Below are positions 53,501-64,000 of a stretch of DNA of 64,000 nt, piece after piece; within the stretch, counting starts at the first letter, position 1; each line of letters starts with the position of its first letter. The stretch comes from Lama glama (Eukaryota): assembly GCA_028534125.1 (NCBI GenBank), contig CM052817.1:29948001-30012000 (forward strand). The letters are read 5' to 3'. The position numbers were made by a program, and so were the translations under genes. The notes beneath the pieces were generated by a model, which saw nothing but the letters and a program-made list of their open reading frames with translations, was not told the origin of the DNA and did not search any database.

Positions 53501-56500
53501 AATATTAATACATTAACATGAATTAAATTCCACACTTTACTCAGAAAAAAATAGTGTATATATATTTTTAATCCTAAGAGGGTACTTTGAAGACTTCTTT
53601 GCAAATAAACTTGAAAACCTAGGTAAAAATGATTTTTCCTGTGGAAATACAGATTACCAAAATTCACCCTGTTAGAACAGAAAGCACTAACAAACCAATT
53701 TCCATAAGAAAAGAAAGTGATTAACTATTTCCAAAAAGCATGAGACCTGGATGAATTTCTAATGGAATTCTACCAAACTTTCGAAAGTCAGCTGATGCTA
53801 ACACCTGGATAAAGTGCTAGGCCTTTGAGAATGAGGGAAAACTCCCTTTCATGAAACAAATATAAAGAAGAATAGCTTAAAAAGATAAAGAAAGGACTCA
53901 AAACTAAAATGGAAGACAGATATTTATAAATACCAATGCAAAATACTAAATAATATATTAGCAAGTAGAATCCAACGCCTCATTAAGTATATAATAGATC
54001 ATGCCAAGAGGGCTTTAGTTCAGGATGCAAATTGTTTCAGTTAATATTATATACCCCATTAATAGATTTAAGGAGGATAAAACTCATAATTACTTCCAGA
54101 AATGTTGAAAAAGCCTTTGATAAATTTCAACACTAAATCCTAATTTAAAAACAAAATCACGCAAATTGATGGATAATTTCTTAACGTGAATATGCATATG
54201 AAGAAACACTAGAGTCATTTCCATAAGAACCTGAACAAGGCAAAGTTACCCATTCTCTTCACTATTATTCATTATCATAGACATACTAGATACTATGATC
54301 CAATGCTTTTAGACTAGAGACATCAATTGCATATGAATTGGTAAAGAAAAAATAAAATACATTTTTGTGTGTGGTATGATAGTGTATTCTGTAAACAATG
54401 CTTAAACTAATATAAAATCAGTAACAGGAAGATAGTAAGATATAAAATGAGCATTCATAAATCAGTAGTATCCATATATGAAAACAATAATCAGAGAACT
54501 TGATGGTTGAGAAAACACAATTTACAGCAGAAAAAAATAAATACTTAGGATTCAGTTTAAAAACTGTAAAAAAAATCTTTGAGTAAATCTTTAAGACATT
54601 CCTGAGAGATACAAAATAAACATGAAGAATTGGAAAGACAACCCATGTTCCCATGTTAGATGACTCAATGTTATACAGACGTTAGTTTTCCCAAAGTTGA
54701 TTTACAAATTTTACACAATACAAATAAAAATACCAACAAGTCTTTTTTAGTGGTAATTAAATTTGTTGATAATAAAGCTCATCATGTTTTTTTAAAATTT
54801 TTAAATTTATTTTTAACTTTTTCATTTTTCTTTGTCTTTTTCTTTTTTTTCTTCTTTGTCTCTCTCTCTTTTTTTTAAGACATGCAATAGCCAGAAAAAC
54901 TGAAAAGGGAAAACAAAACAAAATGAAAATATGAGGTTGGACTAGTTTTATAAGGCATTAATACTAAATGTTTTAGTTTCAATATACTGTTGAATCTCTA
55001 CTATTAATATAGTGTGGTGGCAAGATAAGAGAATGGAATAGAAAGGTCATAAATAACCAAAGTATATAAGGAAATGTAATGTATGATAAAGTCAACATCT
55101 AAAATAATGGAAGCAAAGATTGACTATTTAATAAATCATGCTGAGTCAACAGAAAAGCCATTTGAAAAAGATAAAAATTAGACTCATACTTTATACCATA
55201 TGTAGGAAGAAAGTTTCAATGAATTAGGGAATTAAATATACAAAATAAAACCATACAAATACTAAAAGTAAGTGTGAATGAATTCTACTCGAAGTAGAAT
55301 ATAACCAGTAACACTCAAACCAATGTTAAAAAAATGAGTAACGTAATCACACTGAATGGGGAAAGGGAAGAAAAAAACTAACCTGAGTAACTTTAGGAAA
55401 TAGTATTTTGCTTACTACTCCAAAGATAAAGACAAAAATAATTGTACATGAATACTTTATTCCAGTTAATTTTTCATAGATAATGTGTTAAAATTGAGAA
55501 CTACTTTATGTATTTACTGGAATTTAACAAATAAGAAAATATACTATGGGTAAATGAGAGCCAGGTGTCTCACTGGTGGAAAAAGAAGTTACAAATAAGG
55601 AAAAGGGAAAGTTAGAATGAACCCCATGGTCTTTGGATTGGAATCAGGGCTACTGGTATATAAATATGGACTTGTGATTTATAATACATGTACGAAAGGA
55701 TAGACACAGAAATATAGGTGCCAGTATAGGTAGAACATATATTTTCTCCTTCTGCCCACTGAGAGGGTCAAGAAGCAATGACACCCAATATTAATGAACA
55801 CACCTAGTGCCCAGAGCTTGATTTCTGAATACAAATCTACAAAAAAGAGGAACCAGGGTTCCTTGGAAAAATGGTGAATTCCATTGCTGGATCAAGATGA
55901 GCCTGAAATATCTTTCATGCTGGAAATTTAGGACACACTCAGAAAATGATGAAAACATGTAAAGGGACAGAGAAGTCAAATCATAGGATGTACCAGTGGC
56001 CAAATTTATTCTGAGCAATAAAATAAATAATGATAGTAAAGGATTGTAAACTATAAAATAAAACATGTATCTAGAGGTCTACACAAAATAAACAAAGTGA
56101 ATAGATAAATACTTGGACAAGTCATAGCTCCTCCTGATAGTAGTATTACAATTAATTTATGTAGAGGGAATGATGACAATATTGAGTTACCATGTGGCAA
56201 ACAGCACATAGTAATACTCTTTCAGGTAAGAATCATTGATGGAGACTAGTTGAATGGGCAAAAGTGTGCTGAGAAATATTTGCATAGCTTCTACCAGGAC
56301 AGTATCTCCTCATAACCAATTTATTAATCAAAAAAAGAAAGATAATAACTTCACAGTGGAGAAACCTGGAAGAAAATCACACTAAACCAAAGTTAACATC
56401 ACCAGCAATAAAATATATAAACATCACATACCTCCTCATACATTACACTGAAAGCACAAAGTGTCACTTTTGTGGTATTCTTGGTAAATATATGTAAATG

Positions 56501-57984
56501 CAGCCCAGTAATGAAAATAAGAAACAAACTAAGGGTTGTTCCACTGGACAGTGCATTTTAGAAGTACCATGTTCAATAAACAAACAGATAAAGCTGAGAA
56601 CTACACCAAATTGGAGGAGAGTATGGAGACATGAGAACAAAATGCAATGTGTGATCTTGGTTAGAGTTCTTAACCAGAAAAAAAGGACATTAGTGATGTA
56701 TCTGCCATAATTTGAATAAGGTCTATAGATTAGTTAATAGTATTGTATCAATATTAATTTATTGATTTACATAACAGTCCTATTATTATGTAAAATGTCA
56801 ACATTATGGTTGAAAGGTTTATGAAATTTCCATGTATAGACATAATTTTACTAAGTCTAAATTTTATTTTGAAATTAAATAATTAAAACAGTATAGGAAA
56901 ATGATATTAAATACAAGAAAAATAGATTAACATAATGAATGAAATAGTGTAAAATAATAAAATTTAGGAAAACTTTCAATAAAAAATTTGACAAAGTCAA
57001 AATTTGATTTTATGACAAACTAAGAAAAATGTTAAAGTCCTTTAAGTTTTATTCATAAATGAAACAATAGATTACTAATAGCAGTAATGGCAAAGGGGAA
57101 AAAACCCTCAAAACCTAAGGGTGATTAAAAAAATCACAAAAGGTACTATGAAATAATTTGGCACTAGTAAATTTGAAAATTTCAGTTCTTTCATAATAAC
57201 CCAAAACTGACTATTAAAGTAATTGTAATGTTAAAAAATTTTTCCCCAAACGCAAACTCTAGGCCAAAGTGACTTCACCAAATAATTCTTCCAAATATTT
57301 AAGGAAGAAATAGTATCCATTTTAGATAACACTTTCAGAGATGAAAAGAAAGGGAAAACATAATTCATTTGTATATGCTAGCATTATCTTGACTCCAAAA
57401 CTGAAAAAAACATTACAGAAAGTAAAGTAACTGGCTAATGCCCGTTACGAATATAGATGTAAAATTCCGAAAGAAAATATTATCAAATTAAATCTAGTGA
57501 TACTTTAAATATATTACCATGTCACAACCAAGTTACATTTAGTACAGAAATGCAAACTTCGTTTAAGTTTTAAAAAATCAGTCAAAGTTAGTTATAGAAC
57601 AAACAGTAAGTAGACTAAAGGGCAAGATATAATCAATATAATTGTTTCAATAGATGCACAGAAATCATCTGAAACATTAGGGAGCTAAAAAGAACCCTAG
57701 CAAAATAAGAAGAGAAAGAAACTACAAAGAGAATCTTAAAAAAAAAAAAAAGAGAGAGAATGCCTACAGCAAACATCGTAATTAATAGTGAAATATAGAT
57801 TGCTTTCCCCAGTATCAGAAACAAACCAGGACTATCAACATTGATCTCCGTCTTAGTCAGTACAGCATGTCATTAAAAAGACATGTAATTTTGAAAACGG
57901 ATAAAATATCATCACTTGCAAAGTAACATCAGTAAATGTGGCTTTCATAGTCACCAAAATGCCAGAAGGTTTCGTCAGACTTAC

Positions 57985-58133
57985 CTCCTATATCTGGGCG
58001 AAGTTTATTGTCATAGCCTTGAAGCAATGAGTTGAGAATTTGTGTTATATCTCCTTCATGAATCTTTGGTGCCAAGACCCAAGTTTTGTTGACTGTTAAA
58101 TCCTCATCATCTTCATCATCTGCTTTATCAACA
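57985..58133 (-). CDS. GABRG1: GABA-A receptor gamma-1, exon 2 (149 nt; [49 protein letters not shown])
   Basis: Acceptor TCTTTAG|TGTT, donor [18 protein letters not shown] motif; lies inside ORF 57929..58174. Confidence 0.97.
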
Positions 58134-59341
58134 CTAAAGAATTTAAAGAAAAATTTGTTTGATAGAAAGTTCAACCAAAGAATGTATCTAAAAAATAGTT
58201 TAAGGTTATTATAATTGTATAAGGGAGTAACAAGAGGGAAAATGTGTTAGAAATATTTCAAGTTCAGTAAGATGAACACATTCATCATATGAGCTGTTAT
58301 GATATAATAATATTCAAAAGTGAATAATTTGTTGAAAGGAAAAGTAATATAATATTAATATGATAAAATAAATGTTGGCCAGCCCTACAATAGTCATTAA
58401 AGGCCAGAGAGATTATGCACTGATAATGTTAGTGGCACTAGGTTTGAGCAGTACACAACCTGCACAACCATGTGTAATGACTCTAAACCATCACACTCAA
58501 AAGTAAAAATTAAAAGATAAATAAATACAAGAAACGTTGCAATAATCAGTCTGGTAAAATGTATTTTAAAATGCATGTGTAGAAAAGAAGACTTAAGGAA
58601 AGATGAGTGAAGCAGGATTTGAAGAAAAGAGGAAGAGTTGTTGAACACATCTATGTTTCTTCCTTTCAAGTCAGAAGAACTCAGACATCTATTCCAAGAA
58701 CGTTGTCAAAGAGTATCTTATTATCAAATCATGAGTTGATGGACAACTCACTCTCTGTTCTCAAGAGAATGATTATCACATTTTAGGACTAGAAATTAGA
58801 CTCAAATAACCTACTGCCTTTATTTTGTAAATGAGAAAACTGAAGTCAATAAGGAACTAACCAAAGCACAAACTTACTTATGTGCAAAACTAAGAATCAG
58901 ATTCTGATCCTCCAGCTAACTCTTCCTGCTACACCTGTGTGTTTAACAAGCTTAACTTATGAAGTGTGGAAGAAACATGCAGTAATATAGATATTCATCT
59001 ACAATTCATCAAAAGTAGCAAACTACTCCTCTCTTTACTACCCATAAGTAACCCCATCTTCATTTGAATGACATCATCCTAGACTTCACACAGCCAGCTT
59101 TACTAAATCTTAGTCCTTCAGTGGAAAAATATATATAAATTTTTGTATTGGTAAAATCGGGTAAATCTATGTATATTATTTATTTACATATATTTCAGAG
59201 ATGGGCTTCCCTCCCACAGAAGATATCCAAGTTTATCTCATTAACCTTAACTGATATTTCTACACTATTCACTCAGATCTCTTTTGCTTTGGACCTAAGC
59301 ATCTTACCTAATGCAGCCTTCCCCTCCTTTATTCTTTTAAA

Positions 59342-59470
59342 TTCTTTTCCAGTTTGATTGAGATTTAATTGGCATATAACATTGTATATATGTTCAAGGT
59401 GTGCAACACAATGATTTGATACATGTATACATAGCAAAATGATTATCACAGTAAGCTTAGTTAACATCCA
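59342..59470 (-). mobile_element. Short L1MA-type 3' end with degenerate TSD
   Basis: attgagatttaattggcatataacattgtatatatgttcaaggtgtgcaac; flanks ccctcctttattcttttaa (59321) and ccctctttatccttttgaa (59471). Confidence 0.8.
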
Positions 59471-59629
59471 CCCTCTTTATCCTTTTGAAGAGTATAAATT
59501 AAAATTGTAAATTAAAGCTTAACTTTTAAAGTATTTTTACCTCATTTCGTCTTCACAATAATTGTATTGATAGTTATTATTAAAGCATAATTGAGTGCAT
59601 TAGTCTTCTCAGTATTTCTCCTCTTCCTC

Positions 59630-60015
59630 CTGTTAGAGAATTATACTTTTTACCCCACGGACTTCTCACTTGGTCATGTGACCTGAAATACTCCTTTCTG
59701 CAAGAGGATTATACATCCCTACTAAATTCTGGTTTGGCATGCATTTGCTTTGGCTAGTGGAATATATGTAACATGCATCACTATGAAACAGAAGATTTAT
59801 TGTCAGTGCGTGAGTCACCATATCCCGCTTCTCCTGCCAGAAGACCAGCCATACTCAGACAGAGGCTACCACTCCACCACTTCACTTCCAGAGCGAAGGC
59901 AACATGAACAGAGACACCATTGACCTACAATGGACACATAGCCTAAGCAAAAACACTCGGTGTTGTAAGCCAGTGAGACTTGGGGGTAGTTTGTTACCAC
60001 AGTGTGTACATTTTG
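59630..60015 (+). mobile_element. MaLR LTR (MLT1J-like)
   Basis: ttggtcatgtgac...ttgctttggctagtggaat...gttgtaagccagtgagacttgggggtagtttgttaccacag. Confidence 0.7.
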
Positions 60016-60840
60016 TCCCTATATGAATTCCTGGGGTACATTCAGTTAACAGATTTTTAATGAAGTACTTACTCATGTATATTAATTGTTTTACTGTATT
60101 TAATTTCAAAACGAATATACTATTGAAATATAGTAATATAATTTCCTTCAAATAATTTCTTCTTTTCTCTCAATAAAATGTATACATAAGTACATACATA
60201 CATTCATTTATAAACTAAAGCATTTAAAGTATTGAAGTATTAAGAATCCCTGCTGGTGTGTCCTTCAGGAATATTTTACTTAATTAGAATTGCTGAGATA
60301 TTGTCAACAACCAAAATTTTAGGTCATCTATTTAGCTTTAAATCCCAGTTTTATAGAATAAAACATCTGATGGATAGAGGCAGAATACTGCACATATAAG
60401 AACTTGGCTTTTCTTTGAAATATGATTGTAGTCAAATAGAAGTTCCCAGAAAAAATAAAAGCTTTTCTTATTTTTTAATGTAGCAACAACTTGGTAATCC
60501 AAAAAGCCCATGCTCATAGTGATTTACATTACTCTTTTCCCAGCTGGCTCAGAGCTAATATGAAAATTGACCTCGGTGATATTACAAAGCTTACGTTCCC
60601 CATTCTGGGTAATAACAGAAAGGAAATTTTATTATAGGTAACATTTCTACATTTTTCTCCACACTTTCTAAATTACCTTCAGTAGTTATCATATTGGTAT
60701 TATATATTGCTTGTCATGATTTAAAAATTTAGTATGTCATATAGCATATGATGTCTCACTGTGTTTCATAGGCTAGAAGATTTGGTAACATTTAAATATG
60801 CTGAGTGAACACTCATTTTGGGGAAAAATGTATCATTTTC

Positions 60841-61022
60841 TTTTTCTTTTTTAATTGAAATATAGTCAGTTTACAATGTGTCAATTTCTGATGTACAGCA
60901 CATTGCTTCAGTCATACATGAATATACATATATTAATTTCCATATTCTTTTTCACCATAAGCTACTACAAGATATCAAATATGGTTCCCTGTGCTATACA
61001 GTATAAACTTGTGTATCTATCA
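60841..61022 (-). mobile_element. Lineage-specific L1 3' end (camelid-like)
   Basis: T-rich tail then aattgaaatatagtcagtttacaatgtgtcaatttctgatgtacagca...ttccctgtgctatacagta. Confidence 0.8.
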
Positions 61023-62364
61023 TATATACCATATTTTCTTAGATAATGCTCTGGAAATTTCTGGACTCATTCTCAAGCACTTCTTTCAAATAATCTGAAT
61101 AAGTATAATTTTATCATTATTGGAAATACATAGACTCCTCAGTGTATAATTTCACTAATTGTTTATTTTACTGATGCATGCTTTTTATTGTTGTTATCAG
61201 CTGTTGAGTGCCTAGAATGCACCATTAAGTTCCTGCCATGTTTCAGGAACGGTGTGACAGCTTTTTTCTGTATTGTCATGTCATTTGATCCACAGTAATC
61301 CGATGAAATAAATATGACTATTCCTATTTTACAGAAGAGAAAAAATAGATTTATAGGGTCTTTAGGATCCACACTATTAAGTAATAGAGCCAGGATTTAA
61401 AATAAGGTTGACTTAGTTTAGAGACTCATTTTCTCTTTTTTTTTTTTGAGGTTTCCATAGTATCATTTTATCTTTATTAAACAATCCAGAGTGGTTGGAT
61501 TTTGAGTTTTCTAATTTATAAGAATACAGCAACACTTCTGATAAGTAAGTAGTAGGGGCATAGGTTGGAAGCTTAGTCTCTGCTTTTCAGTTTTAAGTTA
61601 GAACAATAATCTTAAGGAATCACACACACACTCTCTCTGATGAAAAAGATTTTCTAATGTCTGTGCTCAAACTTCAGTCCAATGCTTTAATTCATTTATA
61701 GAAGAAATACCGTGTACGACAAATGTGCTAATTGCTGAAAACAAAAAGACAAAGAAAATTGCATTCCTGATCTGGATGATTTTATTTTCTAATAAAAGAG
61801 AAAACTATTCGTGTGATACAGAAAACCATCTTGTACAAAGATGCTTATCACAGTGTTATCTATAATAGCACAAATTTTAAACAATAGGAGTATTTTAAGC
61901 AAATTGTGCTGCATCCATATGACATAGTGGATGCATCCATCCAGTTTGTGATTGTGAAGAGTCTATAAAATATGAAATTAGTTTCATAATGTAATGTTAT
62001 ATAAAAAAACACACATAACAATTGGCTTTTATAAAAACCTAGGTATAAAATGACTAAAGATTTAACAGGAAAGCAGCATAATGAATATAATAAGTATTCT
62101 ATGCTAGTAGAGCTATAAAAAGTTTAATTTTTTTCTGTATATTAATTGTATACTATAACTTCTGCATAATTTTGTAATGTAAGTACATGAAAAGGAGTTA
62201 CTCTGACAATAATTTCTATCTAAAAATGAACTACTTCTTCCTACACACCAGATAGTGCCCTGAAATAAATTTCTAATTATACAAAATAAGTAATTCAGTA
62301 GAGCCTTTTATAGAGAAAGGTAGGGCTTTCTACTCTGCCAAGAAAACAAAAGTGGCAGCCCTAA

Positions 62365-62785
62365 AAAGTTGCCACTCTGTTCTCCCAGGGAGGGAACGTG
62401 GTTGACTGACAGCCCAGCTGCTGGCCCTCGGGACCAGCCCTGTGTCTGCACCAGATCCAAGCTCCCCCAGGCTGCTTTCAGGCAGTAACTGAATATTGTT
62501 GCAATGCTAGTGCAGACCCACTCCTGCAGAGGGCCTCCTCTAAAGGTCAGCTTGTGTTGGATGACTCCCACTTGCCTGGCCAAAATCTGTTTTGAACTCT
62601 ATAGCCTGAGATTCTTTTGACCCAAATTTCTTCTTTCCCCTGTACTTTCACAGGGGTCAGACCTCCATCATTATCTGAAGGCTCTCTCTGTTTGCTTCCA
62701 TCTCTACTCCTGTCCCTTGCACAGGCAGTTTTCTCAAATATCTCTTAAATGTCTAATCCCATCTTGGCATCCGCCTCTCTGAGGC
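62365..62785. mobile_element. ERVL solo LTR (LTR16-like)
   Basis: gttgactgacagcccagctgctggccc...aaatatctcttaaatgtctaatcccatcttggcatccgcctctctgagg. Confidence 0.7.
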
Positions 62786-63134
62786 CTTTGCTTCTCACTG
62801 TCTTTAATTGACACTTGCAAATTTATACCAAAGAAGGTTTTCAAGTCATCCATGTTAGTGTTGGTTTTTTGCCTCACTAAGCTATTTATACATTTACAAA
62901 TCTATCTGATTACATAATAAATTATTATAAGCAAAAAGGTACTTTAATGAGTGTATTGCTGTTCTTAATATAGTAAGCAAAAGTTTTAAACTGATGATAA
63001 CTAAGAGACAGGTCAAGTAAAGACAAGGCATGCTAAGTCATAGAATTATGTAAAAGAATTCATCTTTACAGCTAGAAAAAAATAATCTATGTCTATATCA
63101 AGTCAGTCAATATAAACTATTTTTCATATGTACG

Positions 63135-63259
63135 GTAAACATTCATCCAGATTGTCCCAGAACAATCTTGATTTATGCCTGTTTTCTTGGAATAACTCAC
63201 ACCCTCTTTTCACTCACAAATAACTTAATTTGGGTGATAAATTGTATAGCTGTACCCTG
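63135..63259. mobile_element. MER81/MER94-like hAT-Blackjack MITE
   Basis: ccagattgtcccagaacaatcttgatttatgcctg...ctttttcactcac...gataaattgtatagctgtaccct. Confidence 0.6.
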
Positions 63260-64000
63260 TATATAGTTCATTTAAAGTATCATAGAAAGACTGCAAATGT
63301 AAATGTCCAGGTTTTGACCCTTGGGGAAGATGCCCACTAAAGTGTTAGGACAGTGCAGATGGAACTTCAAAGCCAGGCCTCAACAATGATCTGTTGCTCA
63401 TGACAAATTAGTGTTTATAAGTAAAACATCAGATACATTTCTATAAGTTAAGTGACAAGTTTCAGGAAAGAAACATATCTGTTCTAATGTTTCTGAGTAG
63501 ACTTAATGTCAATGACTGTAGGAGCTAACTTTTTAAAAATATGTGTTGGCACTGATTTTAGAGCTGGAAGTCAAAGAAAATAAAAGTAAAATTAAAAAAA
63601 AATTTAAAGTCTTATTTTTTGTTGGCCATTATAGTCTAGCTGCTTATTCTTTTGTACAAAGCTCTTTTTAGGGTTGTAGCACTGAATTAGTTTTATTACA
63701 CATGAAAGTTAGTGGAGAAGCAAAATAAGTAGAAGAGTAATAAATAACAAAGTTATAGATTTGAACTTTTAGAGCTTTAGAGAGGTGAAATGATAGTCAA
63801 CTCAATTCTGTGATTCTCTTATTAGCACAAAGAAATAGGGGACCCATCTCTTAACACACATGGAGAAGAATGCTTTGGACATTTGAGGAGGGGGAAGGGA
63901 AGCAGGCCTAGAATACTATGTATGCTTTACTATATGCTTGAATCTGTCCAGTGTTTAAGTCTACTATAAAATTAATCACATTTCATCTTAATCACTACCT

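Larger units (their letters stand above)
49850..57830 (+). mobile_element. Composite, nested old L1 block (L1M host plus L1MC-type and L1MA-type insertions)
   Basis: A-rich plus strand with decayed ORF1/ORF2 motifs (aaaatagccagag; gaattctaccaaac; ttccaaatatttaaggaagaaatagtatcc; caatagatgcacagaaa); L1MC-like 3' region at about 55300-56880; boundaries approximate. Confidence 0.75.

Overview
AT-rich mammalian genomic DNA carrying most of GABRG1 (GABA-A receptor gamma-1 subunit) on the minus strand. Coding exons 2-9 are all present between 58133 and 14178, bounded by canonical GT-AG sites, and splice in frame to 1294 coding nt ending in TAA. Exon 1 (signal peptide) lies beyond the right edge. A long 3' UTR probably runs from 14177 to about 8.8 kb. 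The rest is intronic or intergenic and dominated by interspersed repeats: old and lineage-specific L1, L2, MIR, MaLR/ERVL LTRs, Tigger and hAT DNA transposons. There are two 500-N gaps. The repeat profile (no Alu, B1, BovA/BovB, PRE-1 or Can-SINE recognised; distinctive short L1 3' ends) suggests a laurasiatherian, most likely a camelid; this is inference from recalled consensus sequences. I found no convincing novel biological system. The most notable oddities are an unexplained ~230-bp dispersed direct repeat shared by introns 3 and 8, a perfect 105-bp tandem duplication in intron 8, a young TSD-flanked L1 fragment and a CpG-dense palindromic patch in the 3' UTR, and several nested transposon insertions. 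Repeat family names and orthologue comparisons are from memory, not from database searches.
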